DNA from: Myxococcales bacterium
Lineage (GTDB): Bacteria > Myxococcota_A > Polyangia > Polyangiales > DASUME01
NCBI GenBank assembly: GCA_047601445.1
Contig: JASGJH010000001.1
Span: 4,064,001-4,128,000 of the forward strand
Direction: 5' to 3'
DNA length: 64,000 nt
The notes beneath the pieces were generated by a model, which searched no databases, was not told the DNA's origin, and saw only the letters and a list, made by a program, of their open reading frames with translations. This document shows positions 20,426 through 30,871 of this stretch, one piece after another. A program made the translations under genes and the position numbers. Every line of letters starts with the position of its first letter. The stretch's first letter is position 1.

Positions 20426-21540
20426 GCGAGCTGCGCGATCCACCCCGCCTCCTCGATAGCGCCACCCTCGATCCAGGGCTGCGCAAAGCATTGGAGGTCG
20501 TGCGACGTGACGGCCTGAACCTGAGCGAAGCCCAGCTGTGGGCCGACCAGGTGGTGCAAACCCTACCCGTCGCCACGGGGGCCAAGGCCGCATCGGCGCT
20601 CAAGTCCCTTTGGATCAAGCTCGGGGCGCTCGCCGTTCTGACAGGAACGGGTTTGGTGTGGCTGCTCGCTGGTCGCGCGATGCGGCCTTCCACATTGGAC
20701 TTCGAAAACGCCACGCCCGTGGTGGAGCTAGTCGTGCCCGCGGGCTCGCGCATTCATGCGGAGTCCGCCACCCGGCGCTCAGCTCGCAGCGCAGACGGTG
20801 TCGCACAGGTCCATGTCGAAGTTGACAGGTCTACGGACCAGGTCCACGTCGAGGATCTTTTGCAACCGCAAGGCGGGGCAGCGGAGCGCGAGCAGGCAGG
20901 GCCCGCCAACGTGCAGCCCGAAATCTCAGCACTCGCGCGAGAGCCGGCTCAAGCCGTTCGTCCTGAAGCAATCGAGCCCGCAACAGGGGTCCGCACGCAA
21001 GCGATGGAAGGAGTGACAAGCTCTCCATCTCCAGATGCCCAGCACGCTCCGAATGTCGACAGCCGCGGAGTCCGTCAGGCAGGCCCCACTGAAATGCAGC
21101 CCCAAACAGCGCCATTCGCGCGAGTCGAAGCCCCGTCCACCAATTCGAGACCGACCCACGCACGGCAACATCCAGTGCGCGCGGCTAACCACGAGCCCGA
21201 AAGCTACGTACGCCCCACGGCCACATCCAAGTCTTCCGCGGATTCGGAGGCGAACTCAGAGCTCGCCCTCTTGACGCAAGCGCAGCAAGCCATGACCGTG
21301 AGCCCGGATCGTTCGCTGGCACTCCTCGAAGCTCACCGCCGCAGCTATCCTCGCGGGGCGTTCGCGGAAGAGCGTGACGCGCTCCGGGTCGAGGCACTCC
21401 ATCGATTGATGCAAAGGGCACGCGGGACCGAACGAGCGCAGCCGACCGAAGCGAAACTTCGCCAGGCCGTGCGTGACTTTCTCGGGCGCTATCCGCAGTC
21501 GCCCCAGCGCGCGCACGTCGAGAAGCGAGCGGGCGAGTGA
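20422..21540 (+). CDS. Putative anti-sigma factor (TM + low-complexity linker + C-terminal TPR-like domain)
   Basis: ATGA overlap with the sigma gene, one TM helix, ELALLTQAQQA...YPRGAFAEERDALRVEAL...FLGRYPQSP. Confidence 0.75.
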   Translation: MSELRDPPRLLDSATLDPGLRKALEVVRRDGLNLSEAQLWADQVVQTLPVATGAKAASALKSLWIKLGALAVLTGTGLVWLLAGRAMRPSTLDFENATPVVELVVPAGSRIHAESATRRSARSADGVAQVHVEVDRSTDQVHVEDLLQPQGGAAEREQAGPANVQPEISALAREPAQAVRPEAIEPATGVRTQAMEGVTSSPSPDAQHAPNVDSRGVRQAGPTEMQPQTAPFARVEAPSTNSRPTHARQHPVRAANHEPESYVRPTATSKSSADSEANSELALLTQAQQAMTVSPDRSLALLEAHRRSYPRGAFAEERDALRVEALHRLMQRARGTERAQPTEAKLRQAVRDFLGRYPQSPQRAHVEKRAGE

Positions 21541-21887
21541 ACGGCAAACCTGAGGCTGTGCCGAAGGTGCAGGTCTAAATTGTGACGTCAACTCGTGCGA
21601 CTCACGGCGCCGACGAACGCGCCTCGCGCGCCCGTTTGCCACGCTCGAAGCGATCGCTCCAGGCCACACCGATCAGCGAGCTCGCGAAGAAGGCTCCCGC
21701 TGCCGCCCCCAACCAGTCCGCGACGAGCAGCCCTGCGAGCCATGCCATGCCGTATCAATGGGGTTCATGCATCGCACCCGCGTCGACCACGGGGTGTCAT
21801 GGCTCACCGCAGCGTCGAGAGATTGTGCGCGCACCCAAACACGATGGAGACATCAGGCAGGCGTGAGGCGGCCGGCGGGCCACCAGC

Positions 21888-23480
21888 TCAACTCCGATGC
21901 TTGCCGGCCGAAGCGGCAGCCCGCCCCGGCGCCTCCACCGTTCGAGCGTTGTCATTCGCCACCTCCGGAAGCCGGCGGACCGCCGAACCGGCCTCGAGCG
22001 GCCGCGGCCGAAGAGCTCCCCACAACGCGCTCACGGTCTGGGACGCCGGCTCCTGAATGCGAAGGCCCACGAAGGCTGCGCCAAAGCGCAAGAAGCCCGA
22101 TGCCACGAACACGACCTGCAGATCGGTGAGCTCGTGACCGGCGAGCAAGAAGCGATCTGGCAGTGCCTCCGCGACGAGGCCTCCCGCCAGCGTGGCAAGC
22201 GTGAACGAGAGCCCCGTGAGCGTGGCGAACGCCGCCAAATAGAAGGGACGCTCGGCGCGTGGCGTGATGGCGAGCGGAAGATTGAAGATGGCGAGCGCGT
22301 GCCCCGACCACAACACGCCTGCGAGCACAGCATCCGCCACCAGGGGCCAAAGGAAGTTCGCGGTGGGAAACAACCAGATAAAGGGGATGGAGGCGATGGT
22401 GAAGGAGCACGCGATCAGGACCGGACGTGCGCCCATCCGATCGAGCAAGCGTCCCCACACGGGCGCCGCCAACATGCGCACCGCGGCCACCGCGGTGGCA
22501 TGCAGCGCGACCAAGGTGTAGCTCATGCGCAGATTGCGGAGGCTGTGCAACACGAAGAAGCTTCCTGCCACGCCCACGGCCGCGTTCCACACCACCAGGT
22601 ACAACATCAGGCCTCGCACGCTCGCATCGCGAAACGGCGCCGCTACCCAACGCCACGCGAGGGGCACCGTGCGACGTTCGCTGCGCGGTGCATGCTGTCG
22701 CAGCATGAGCCACGTCGTCACGAGACCCGTGACCGCGCCCAAGATCTGCAGCGAGGCCAGCGCCATGCCCGTGCGCTGGTGCTGCTTCGCCAAGTCGAGC
22801 AACGCGCCTGCGGCCGCCGAGGCCAACGCGCCGCCGAGTGTGCACCAGGCCGTGCGCCGGCCGAAATAGCGTCCGCGCACGCGCTTGGGCACCAGGTCGC
22901 TCATCCAGGAGACCCAGGCGTTGTTGCCCAGCGTCCCGAGTACCGCGGACAGCCCGGCCACCACGAGCAGGATCGTCTGCCGCACCTCGTTTGACACCGG
23001 CAAGAACGGCAGCGCTGCCAGCGGCAGCATGGCCTGTCGCGATGCGGCCACCAGCACGATGCAAGCGCGTCGGTGACCCAGCGCCGAAGTGATCCAGGCA
23101 GCGGGAAACTGAAACAGCTGAGCGAGCTGCGAGAGCGCGACCAGTGTCCCCGTCAACAGCGTGCCCGCGTCGAGATAGATGGCCCAGGCCGTCAGGATGG
23201 CGCCGCCCGCACAGGCGCCCACCACCTCGGCGAGAATTCCCTCTGCCATGCAGGCCCGCAACGATCGCCGCAGCTGTCCCTTCTGCGCGAGGCCCACCGC
23301 CCCATCGTTGCGTCCGGGCGCCGCGGCCAGCGAAGGCGATGCCCCCGGCCCCATGCCGCCGAGACGACTCGGCGAGATCGCCGCCATGGGCGTCGCGAGG
23401 CTCGAAAGCCAGCGAAATTTACGAAGGTTCTTGAGCACAGCCTCGGCGCGCGGGACGACGGCGCCGCGCCATCCTCTCAC
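21888..23480 (-). CDS. MFS transporter
   Basis: About 12 hydrophobic segments, WMSDLVPKRVRGRYFGRR, WGRLLDRMGARPVL. Start uncertain. Confidence 0.85.
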   Translation of the reverse strand: MRGWRGAVVPRAEAVLKNLRKFRWLSSLATPMAAISPSRLGGMGPGASPSLAAAPGRNDGAVGLAQKGQLRRSLRACMAEGILAEVVGACAGGAILTAWAIYLDAGTLLTGTLVALSQLAQLFQFPAAWITSALGHRRACIVLVAASRQAMLPLAALPFLPVSNEVRQTILLVVAGLSAVLGTLGNNAWVSWMSDLVPKRVRGRYFGRRTAWCTLGGALASAAAGALLDLAKQHQRTGMALASLQILGAVTGLVTTWLMLRQHAPRSERRTVPLAWRWVAAPFRDASVRGLMLYLVVWNAAVGVAGSFFVLHSLRNLRMSYTLVALHATAVAAVRMLAAPVWGRLLDRMGARPVLIACSFTIASIPFIWLFPTANFLWPLVADAVLAGVLWSGHALAIFNLPLAITPRAERPFYLAAFATLTGLSFTLATLAGGLVAEALPDRFLLAGHELTDLQVVFVASGFLRFGAAFVGLRIQEPASQTVSALWGALRPRPLEAGSAVRRLPEVANDNARTVEAPGRAAASAGKHRS

Positions 23481-23562
23481 AGGCCGCGACGCGAAGAAAT
23501 GCCGCCATGGCGCTGACTCGGTGACACTCGCGTTTCGACTACGTCGTTCGATACGCGGACGT

Positions 23563-23937
23563 TTAGCGCTCCAGCAGCCAGCGCAAACGATCGAGTGAAA
23601 GCCCGTAGTGAACCAACGTCACCAGCCCCAGCGCCGCTGCTCCGCTCTTCGCCCCCGTCCTCCACAGCGCGAAGCTCGCGATCGCGAAAAAGGCTAGTTC
23701 CACTCCCAGACGCGCGGCACCAGGCACAGAAACCGGCGCGCGCCCCGAGCGACTCGGATCTCCAGGCACGGCAAACGTCCCCCAAGCCGCTGCCGCCGCC
23801 AGCGGGAACACCAGCATCAACACGTATCCCGCGACGCCGTCTGCACTACGCAAGCCCGCGCGGCCGTAGGCGTAGAGAGCCGTGAGCTCGAGCGCGAAGC
23901 GGAGAGCCAGATTCAAACCGTGGGTACCGAAGTTCAT
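23563..23937 (-). CDS. YrdB/DUF2568-family membrane protein
   Basis: NLALRFALEL...AWGTFAVPGDPSRSG. Confidence 0.75.
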   Translation of the reverse strand: MNFGTHGLNLALRFALELTALYAYGRAGLRSADGVAGYVLMLVFPLAAAAAWGTFAVPGDPSRSGRAPVSVPGAARLGVELAFFAIASFALWRTGAKSGAAALGLVTLVHYGLSLDRLRWLLER

Positions 23938-23993
23938 GGGAGTGCGATTCTCCCTGCTATCCTCGCCCTCTGCCAGAGGAGCACGCCCCCCGC

Positions 23994-24584
23994 ATGAGCA
24001 AGAAGAACCCGAAAGTCGATGCCTACATCGACCGCGCGAAGCAGTGGCAAGGAGAGACCAAGAAGCTGCGGTCCATCCTCATCGGGTGCGGGCTCGGCGA
24101 AGAGCTGAAGTGGGGCAAGCCCTGCTACACCCATGGCGAGGCCAACTTGGCCATCATCCAGGGCTTCAAGGAGCACTGCTCGGTGATGTTCTTCAAGGGC
24201 TCGCTGCTCAAGGACCCCAAGAAACACCTGGTGCGTCCTGGTGAGCACTCGCAGGCCGGAAAGCGCATGGAGTTCACGAGCCTCAAGAAGATCAAGGAGC
24301 TCGAGCCCGTATTGAAGTCCTTCGTCGACCAGGCCATCGCGGTCGAGGAGGCCGGCCTCAAGGTGGACTTCAAGGAGAAGCACGAGCTCGAGCTCCCCGA
24401 TGAGCTCACCAACCGACTCGCCGGTGACCCGGACCTCTCTGCGGCCTTCGATGGTTTGACCCCCGGCAGGCGCCGCGCCTACGTGCTGCACTTCACGGCG
24501 GCGAAGCAGAGTGCCACCCGGGCCACCCGGATCGAGAAGTGCGTCGAGAGGATCCTCGCAGGCAAGGGCCTCAACGACTTCTAG
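23994..24584 (+). CDS. YdeI/OmpD-associated (DUF1801) family protein
   Basis: NPKVDAYI, EELKWGKPCY, LTPGRRRAY, AKQSATRATRIEK. Confidence 0.9.
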   Translation: MSKKNPKVDAYIDRAKQWQGETKKLRSILIGCGLGEELKWGKPCYTHGEANLAIIQGFKEHCSVMFFKGSLLKDPKKHLVRPGEHSQAGKRMEFTSLKKIKELEPVLKSFVDQAIAVEEAGLKVDFKEKHELELPDELTNRLAGDPDLSAAFDGLTPGRRRAYVLHFTAAKQSATRATRIEKCVERILAGKGLNDF

Positions 24585-24594
24585 TGCAGCCGCC

Positions 24595-24930
24595 TCACAG
24601 CTGAATCAGGGCCGACCGCACCGACGTCCACATACGAGGATCCAGGCAACGTCGGTGGAAGATCTGGAGCGCGTCGATCACATCCGCGCCGATGATCTCG
24701 TGGGCGGTCTGGGAGGCATTGGGCGAAGGCTCCTGGTTCCACTTCACCCGACCGCGGTCGTAGTTTCCGGTCAGAACGACGTTCCGCTTCTCAACGCTCC
24801 ATACGAGGACCCGCAAGTCGGGCCAAATGTGGACCTCTACCTGCGCCCCCTCCCCCCCGGGCATGAGGCGCTGGAACGTGAGGGGGGCGTCCTTGACCAA
24901 GAACGGTTTGGTGATGGCGAACTCGGGCAA
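24595..24930 (-). CDS. Hypothetical protein
   Basis: Plausible composition and fills the gap between recognised genes. Confidence 0.4.
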   Translation of the reverse strand: MPEFAITKPFLVKDAPLTFQRLMPGGEGAQVEVHIWPDLRVLVWSVEKRNVVLTGNYDRGRVKWNQEPSPNASQTAHEIIGADVIDALQIFHRRCLDPRMWTSVRSALIQL

Positions 24931-25074
24931 GCCTGTAGTCCCAAGGATGAAATGTGCGCGCGACGGACGGCGGGCGCCCAGGCCCCCGCCTCCCCTTCTG
25001 GTGGCGGGACCTGGGGATGAGGTTGAAAGAAAAAGCGCGGCCGGGGCGATTCTTAGCCGCCTGCGGGTGGAGAG

Positions 25075-25524
25075 CTAGGGCTCCTTGGCCTCGGCCCAGT
25101 CACGAGTGGTGAAGTAGGGACCACACAGGTCCTCGTGGGTGAAGACCATGGTCCAGGTAAGCTCGGGATCCGACACGTATGCATCGCGTCCATGGAGCAT
25201 GGGGAGCTGCTCCGATTCGCACCAATACCCTGGCTCCTCGGCCAGGTGCGGGAGCACGAGAAACCGCGCAGCCACCCGAGCTTGATATTGCGCGATTGCC
25301 TGCGCCCCCCGGCGACAATAGACCAGCTCGTAGCTGAACGCGTGCCAGTCGAAGTCCCGATAGATCCAGGAGCCCGTGGCCGCTTTGACCCGCACTGCGA
25401 ACACTTCGCGCCAGCGTTGCTGGAGTGCGGCGGTCTCTGCCGCCGTCATGCGCGCGACCACGACGAGCGGCGTGCACTCAGCGAGTGCGTTCGCGATGGG
25501 ATGGCGTCGATTCGGGCGGCTCAT
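25075..25524 (-). CDS. DUF4275-like protein
   Basis: WHAFSY...DAYVSDPELTWTMVFTHEDLCGPYF. Confidence 0.65.
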   Translation of the reverse strand: MSRPNRRHPIANALAECTPLVVVARMTAAETAALQQRWREVFAVRVKAATGSWIYRDFDWHAFSYELVYCRRGAQAIAQYQARVAARFLVLPHLAEEPGYWCESEQLPMLHGRDAYVSDPELTWTMVFTHEDLCGPYFTTRDWAEAKEP

Positions 25525-25600
25525 GGATCCTGGAAACGATGGCTCGGACTATACCGTGGTCCCCGCGGCTTCACCCTCGCGTTCCGAGCCGGCCACCTCA

Positions 25601-26287
25601 TCACCCCCGTCGCTCCACCCGCCACACGCCGATCCGCTCGAGCACCGCGTTGACCACGCGGTCACAGCGCGTGAGGTGGAACCCGTAGGCGGTTTCGGTG
25701 CCGCGCTCGATGGAAGACACGAGACTCTCCTGCAGTTTCTTGCGCGCGCGGAAGAGTCGCGTCTTCACGGTCTGCTCCTGCACTCCCAGGATCTCCGAAG
25801 TCTCGGCCACGCTCATCTGCTCGACTTCGCGCAGCACGAACACCAGGCGGAACTCCTCGGGGAGTTCGTCGATGGCTCGATCCAGCAAGCGCCGCATCTC
25901 GAAGTCCATCGCTGCCTGCTCGGGGGATTGCCGCTCCGCTACCATGCTGGCCTCCTGACTCGGCGCATCCAACGACTCGAGCCTCCGCTCTCGCCTGACC
26001 CGCGCGTACGCCTCGTAGATCGCGATGCGAGTCAGCCACGTGGAGAAGCGCGCCTCGCCCTTGAACTCGGCCAGGTGCGTGAATGCGCGGACGTAGGCGT
26101 CCTGCATCACGTCCTCGGCTTCATCGTCGCGCTTCAAGATCGCGCGCGCGGCGCGGAACACCTTGCGGTTGTGACGGCGCATCAAGAGCTCGAACAAATG
26201 GCGCTCTCCCGCACACACGCGCTCGACGATCTCTTCGTCCGAGAGCAGGCTGAACACCGGTAGTTCGCTGGGATGCAGACTGGTCAT
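25601..26287 (-). CDS. ECF sigma-70 factor with C-terminal RCDRVV extension
   Basis: AEDVMQDAYVRAF, FSTWLTRIA, TVKTRLFRAR, GFHLTRCDRVVNAVL. Confidence 0.92.
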   Translation of the reverse strand: MTSLHPSELPVFSLLSDEEIVERVCAGERHLFELLMRRHNRKVFRAARAILKRDDEAEDVMQDAYVRAFTHLAEFKGEARFSTWLTRIAIYEAYARVRRERRLESLDAPSQEASMVAERQSPEQAAMDFEMRRLLDRAIDELPEEFRLVFVLREVEQMSVAETSEILGVQEQTVKTRLFRARKKLQESLVSSIERGTETAYGFHLTRCDRVVNAVLERIGVWRVERRG

Positions 26288-26483
26288 GGTTCGCTCGCGC
26301 GGGTTCGAAGGACTATTTCCTCGAGTCGGAAGCAGGCCAAATGGTTCCCCAAAATGTGCGGTCCAAGAAAGAATCTCCCCGGGTCGGAGCGGGGAACCAA
26401 ACCGGCCCCTCGCGACTCGATCCTGGAGAGCGGGCACACAACTTCCCCGAGCAGGGGCCCCCGCTCAGGAAAGGATCCCTACC

Positions 26484-26960
26484 ATGTCCCCCTCGAGCGA
26501 AGTAACCGACGCACTCACGCGGGCTACGACCATCGAGCCCCCCGTCCGCCAAGCCTTCCAAATCCTGCATTGGGGCTTCGTGGCGGCACCGGTGCTCGCG
26601 GGCCTCGACAAGTTCTTCAATCTGCTCACCGCCTGGGAGCACTACCTGGCCCCGAGCCTCGCGAAGCTCTCTCCGCTGAGCGCCCACGCCACGATGATGG
26701 CCGTGGGAGTCGTGGAGATCATCGCAGGTCTCTTGGTCGCCTTTCGACCGCGCATCGGCGCCCCGATTGTCGCCGCCTGGCTCGCCGCCATCATCATGAA
26801 CCTGCTCATGCTCGGGAACTACTTCGACGTCGCGCTGCGCGACTTCGGACTGTTCTTGGGTGCGATCGCGCTGGGCCGACTCAGCGTCGTCTGCGAGAGC
26901 GAATCCCACAAGGAGGCAACGGTCCACGGGCCGCGCCGCCACGCGTGGGGTGGAGTGTAG
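26484..26960 (+). CDS. DoxX-like membrane protein
   Basis: PVLAGLDKFFNLL...VGVVEI...YFDVALRDFGL. Confidence 0.75.
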   Translation: MSPSSEVTDALTRATTIEPPVRQAFQILHWGFVAAPVLAGLDKFFNLLTAWEHYLAPSLAKLSPLSAHATMMAVGVVEIIAGLLVAFRPRIGAPIVAAWLAAIIMNLLMLGNYFDVALRDFGLFLGAIALGRLSVVCESESHKEATVHGPRRHAWGGV

Positions 26961-26993
26961 AGGCTCGTCGCTTGGCGCTCGAGTGCACGACGG

Positions 26994-27524
26994 CTAGTCG
27001 TCGCTGATCGCTTCAGCCAGCATGTCGAGAAACTCGAGCAGGTTTTCAATGGGCCCCACCTTCCGCGGGGAACCCACTCCTGCCCACTTGTTTTCAGCTT
27101 GCAGCTCGGCCTGGGCACGTGCGATCTCGACATCGTGAGGAGACGCTACGTGCTTCGGCCGCAGCGCAATCCGGAGCCGCTCGAGCTCTCCGCCGTCAAG
27201 CCAAACCAACTGGCAACTCGGGCATGCATCGAGCTCCAACGCTTCGCTATGGGCTTGTGTGGCGCCGTGTTGGTGCTCGCCCGCCCGCGTCTCGAGCACA
27301 CGCATCGCAGCGAAGCAGGACGGACAGCGTCGGCTCGAACGCTCCGCTGCGTCACGCACGCGTGCATGGAGAGCGGCACCGAAAGTGGGCTCAACGTGCC
27401 GCCGCAACAACCCCAAAGTCACCGCCGTGCCAGCACAGCTCGGGCAGCGCCAGGTGAACCCCAGCTCATGCGCGGTGCGCACGAGTTGGGTTTGGCATGC
27501 TGGGCAGGGGTAGAGCTCGGCCAC
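26994..27524 (-). CDS. Zinc-ribbon (zf-TFIIB-like) protein
   Basis: CPAC, CPSC, CPSC, LDACPSCQLVWLDGGEL. Confidence 0.7.
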   Translation of the reverse strand: MAELYPCPACQTQLVRTAHELGFTWRCPSCAGTAVTLGLLRRHVEPTFGAALHARVRDAAERSSRRCPSCFAAMRVLETRAGEHQHGATQAHSEALELDACPSCQLVWLDGGELERLRIALRPKHVASPHDVEIARAQAELQAENKWAGVGSPRKVGPIENLLEFLDMLAEAISDD

Positions 27525-27639
27525 CGGTTGGTTCGAGCGTAGCTCAGCGATGGGGCCTCTGGCTCCCGGCTCCGAGCGCCGATGTGTTGCTCACCTCACG
27601 CACAGCCGAGGTGACGGCAGCTCCTTTCCAGAGCGCCCC

Positions 27640-28350
27640 TCAGTTGCTTGCCGCCACGGCTGCCGCAGCTTGCTTGATGAGCTCGGCGACCACCTTGGGT
27701 CGGGACACGTAGATGGCGTGGCTGCCAGGGCTCTCGGAGATCTTCGCTCCCGCGCGCTGAGCCATCGTGCGCTGCGCAGGCGGAGGAATCATCTTGTCCT
27801 CGGTGGCGACGAGGTACCAGCTCGGCTTGGTCTTCCACGCGGGTTCGCTCACGGCTCCCGCGAGCGCCTCCACGCCCCAGGGCACCTGCGAGTCCGCGAG
27901 GAAGGTCGCCTTGTCGTGCGGGAGGTCACCCGCGAAGGACGCCGGGAACTTCTCACGATCGAGCAGCAGCATGCCGTCCTGTGGGGGCAGAATCGGCGGG
28001 ACCGGCGCGCCCGGAGGAGGATTCGCGATCAGCGTCTGCACGGACTCTCCCTTGTCTGGCGCAAACGCCGTTACATAGACGAGCGCTCCGACCGAGGGAT
28101 CGGTGCCCGCCTCGGAGATGACTGCCCCACCGTAGGAGTGCCCCACCAGGACGACCTTCCCGCGCTGCTTCTTGAGCACACGCTTGGTCGAGGCGACGTC
28201 GTCGGCCAGGGTGGTCGTGGGGTTCTGAACGATGGACACGTCGAAGCCCTCGGCCGTGAGGATTCGGTAGACCGACTCCCAGCCGGAGCCATCGACGAAG
28301 CCGCCGTGGACGAGGACAATGGATGGACGCTCAATATTCGCTGTCGACAT
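27640..28350 (-). CDS. Alpha/beta hydrolase
   Basis: IVLVHGGFVDGSGW, nucleophile motif GHSYGG, EDKMIP, GSHA. RBS AAGGA. Confidence 0.9.
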   Translation of the reverse strand: MSTANIERPSIVLVHGGFVDGSGWESVYRILTAEGFDVSIVQNPTTTLADDVASTKRVLKKQRGKVVLVGHSYGGAVISEAGTDPSVGALVYVTAFAPDKGESVQTLIANPPPGAPVPPILPPQDGMLLLDREKFPASFAGDLPHDKATFLADSQVPWGVEALAGAVSEPAWKTKPSWYLVATEDKMIPPPAQRTMAQRAGAKISESPGSHAIYVSRPKVVAELIKQAAAAVAASN

Positions 28351-28558
28351 GGCCAGTTCCTTTCGCTCTCCGCCCAGGAACGCAAAGGCTGCGCCATGCC
28401 CCTCCTTCCACGAATTCGCCGAAATTTCAGGTCGACACTGCTCACCCGAAACGGCCCGCCGCCACACCACGGCGCCGCGACGCTCCTTTTTCCCCCAGGC
28501 CCCCGCCAAGGATTGGGGCCGTAGGGACATAGAGTCTTCACCAGTGGACCGAGGAACC

Positions 28559-29293
28559 ATGTCAAACGCTTGCTTGGCTTATTCTACCCGCCCCCTCCGA
28601 ATCACCCTCGCGCTCGCCCTCTCCATGCTTGGCGTCTCGGGATGTAGCGAGGACCCGGTCACCTACGGTCCGGAAAGCGGGCACACCGACGGCGGACCGC
28701 ACAACCACGAGGGCGATGGTGACGGCGACGGTGATGGTGACGGCGACGGTGATGGTGATGGTGATGGTGACGGCGACGGTACGGCCGGCAATGACGCCGG
28801 AGTCGTCCCAAGTACCAGCTCCGGTGACGGCTGCATGCTCGGTGAGGCGGGCAGCTTCGCGACCGATCAGAGCCTCAACCTCTTCGGCGACATCGTGTAC
28901 TTCGCCAAGGGCAAGGACTTGCCCGCCGGTCGCTACCGCGTGGCCTACGACGACGGCTGCATGAAGTACAACTTGCTCTTCAACTGGGCCGTGAACAGTC
29001 AGGCCGGCAAGGACGGTTGGTGGCTGGTGGGTGCCACCTCGCAAGACCGCGTCGTGGTGCTCCCCGGCGAGGCAGGGTCCAGCGTGCTCGGGGTAGCCCA
29101 GAACTTCGAAGACTGCGTCGCCGCAAACAAGAAGTTGCTTCCCAAGGAGTTCGACTTTACCGGCGGCAAGCTCGGCATCTGGCTCAACGACGCGCCCTAC
29201 GAAGACAACATCGCGGGCGAGGGTGGACGCAATCCCAAGTGGAAGCTCACGCTGTTGGTCGAAGAGTGCCCGCCCGACCTCGTACTCTTGTGA
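28559..29293 (+). CDS. Lipoprotein with (Gly-Asp)n linker
   Basis: LGVSGC lipobox, GD repeat, RBS GAGGA. Confidence 0.7.
   Translation: MSNACLAYSTRPLRITLALALSMLGVSGCSEDPVTYGPESGHTDGGPHNHEGDGDGDGDGDGDGDGDGDGDGDGTAGNDAGVVPSTSSGDGCMLGEAGSFATDQSLNLFGDIVYFAKGKDLPAGRYRVAYDDGCMKYNLLFNWAVNSQAGKDGWWLVGATSQDRVVVLPGEAGSSVLGVAQNFEDCVAANKKLLPKEFDFTGGKLGIWLNDAPYEDNIAGEGGRNPKWKLTLLVEECPPDLVLL
28712..28780 (+). repeat. Coding hexamer repeat GG(C/T)GA(C/T) encoding (GD)n
   Basis: ggcgatggtgacggcgacggtgatggtgac..., about 11 units. Confidence 0.9.
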
Positions 29294-29381
29294 GGTCCCA
29301 CGCGGGGTGTCCGCAGCCTCGTCGAGCGCAACGCGCGGCCCACATGTAGGCGAAGGCGACGCCAGCGCTCGGGGTCTCAGA

Positions 29382-29684
29382 TCATTTGAACGGGCGCTTG
29401 TAGCAATGCACGAGGCCCGAGTGATAGTCGACCGAGGCCGAGACGAGCTCCCAGCCCTGGCTCCCATACTTGACGATCTCTTCGTTGGCTTCGTCCATGA
29501 ATCCGAGCCCCGCATGCCTGTGACAAAACTGCTGCCACGGGGTGAAGCTGGTTACCGGTTTGAAGGCGATCTGCTTATCCTCCGCCCGAACTCCGACCAC
29601 GGCGCCCACGGCACAGCCGATCAAGACGCCGACGACGAAGATCCAATTCTTGCTGAGTGTGTTCGGACTTGGCTTGACTTCCAC
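29382..29684 (-). CDS. Small hypothetical protein (DUF4177-like C-terminus)
   Basis: N-terminal TM, KYGSQGWELVS...YKRP. Confidence 0.55.
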   Translation of the reverse strand: MEVKPSPNTLSKNWIFVVGVLIGCAVGAVVGVRAEDKQIAFKPVTSFTPWQQFCHRHAGLGFMDEANEEIVKYGSQGWELVSASVDYHSGLVHCYKRPFK

Positions 29685-29811
29685 GTTCGACGTCCCTTCG
29701 CGGTCTGACTGAGGCGGTCGCTGCGGCAGCGGCGCTTCCGCGCCAACGTAGAATTGGCGCCCCTGCGGTCAACGCTCAATTTCGAAAGCTCCTGAGATAT
29801 CCTCCCTTCCC

Positions 29812-30765
29812 ATGGGTTGGCAGTGGCTGGGGCGGGGTGCCCGCGTGAACTGGGTCCGAGGCGCCTTACATCGTGGGACGGGTGCCATTTTCCTTTCGCT
29901 GTTGGTGGCCTGCGGCGGGAGCCCTCCCCCTCCAGTCGAATCCTCGGCAGCCGCCAAAGAGCAGGAACCGGCCACCGATCCCCTGGCCTCGAGCGCCAAG
30001 AGTCTGGCCCTGGCCTCCCCTGCCAGTCATGGCGCACCTCCCGAAGCGCGCTCGGCCCATGCCAGTCCGAGTCCAGCACCGGCCCGCGATGCAAGCCGCA
30101 GCGTCGGAGTGCGCGGCATCACGGGAAGCCTCAGCGCCTACGAGGTGGAGCAGGCCATGAACGAGCGGCAGACCGAGCTGCTCGCGTGCGTCCAACAGCG
30201 TCCGCGCGGGCTGGGCTTCGTGGCGGGTAACATCGCCTTTCACATGGAAGTGGACGGGAAGGGTCGGGTCGACCGCGTGCTCGTGACTGAGTCGGATATC
30301 GGATACCCCGTGCTCGAAGCGTGCCTGAGCTCGGTGGTGGCCACGGCGCCCTTGAAGGCACCGGCTGGTGGCCAGGCGGCGGAGGCGCAGTGGCGTATGG
30401 GCGTGGACCCCCTGGGTCGCGCTGCGGAGTTCATCGACAGCGCCGAACTAGAGAGCACCATCGAACGTCATGCCGCCGACACCTACGAGAGCTGCGAGAT
30501 CGCCAAGAACAAGCGCTTCCTGGTGAACGGCTACGTCGGCCGCAAGCACACGCTCGACCCGGCCAGCGTAGTCCCCGCGCAGCGCAAGCTCGAAGCCCAA
30601 GACGAAGAGACCCGTACGCAGATCGCGTGTCTTACGCAGGCCCTGGCGCAATGGAAGGGTTGGCCGAAAGTGCGCGGCGCTGCCAAGGTCGGCTTCGAGT
30701 TGCGTTGGGTTCCCGAACCTCCACCACCAGCTCGCAAGGGCAAGAAGGCCAAGCGTAGGCGCTGA
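29812..30765 (+). CDS. Lipoprotein with AgmX/PglI/TonB-C-like domain
   Basis: LLVACGG, VAGNIAFHMEVDGKGRV...SDIGYPVLEACL. Confidence 0.65.
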   Translation: MGWQWLGRGARVNWVRGALHRGTGAIFLSLLVACGGSPPPPVESSAAAKEQEPATDPLASSAKSLALASPASHGAPPEARSAHASPSPAPARDASRSVGVRGITGSLSAYEVEQAMNERQTELLACVQQRPRGLGFVAGNIAFHMEVDGKGRVDRVLVTESDIGYPVLEACLSSVVATAPLKAPAGGQAAEAQWRMGVDPLGRAAEFIDSAELESTIERHAADTYESCEIAKNKRFLVNGYVGRKHTLDPASVVPAQRKLEAQDEETRTQIACLTQALAQWKGWPKVRGAAKVGFELRWVPEPPPPARKGKKAKRRR

Positions 30766-30871
30766 ACGGCACCAGATGGACACCGCCGCGCGTTCGCACC
30801 TGCTCTAGAAAGGGCGGACGCTGCTGTCTGCCTGATTGGAACAGAATCACCAAAAACAATAGACTAGCTGG

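Noticed and set aside
28712..28780. Tandem repeat as possible CRISPR or contingency locus
   Set aside because: In-frame (GD)n linker with synonymous variation and no spacers; common in myxobacterial lipoproteins.
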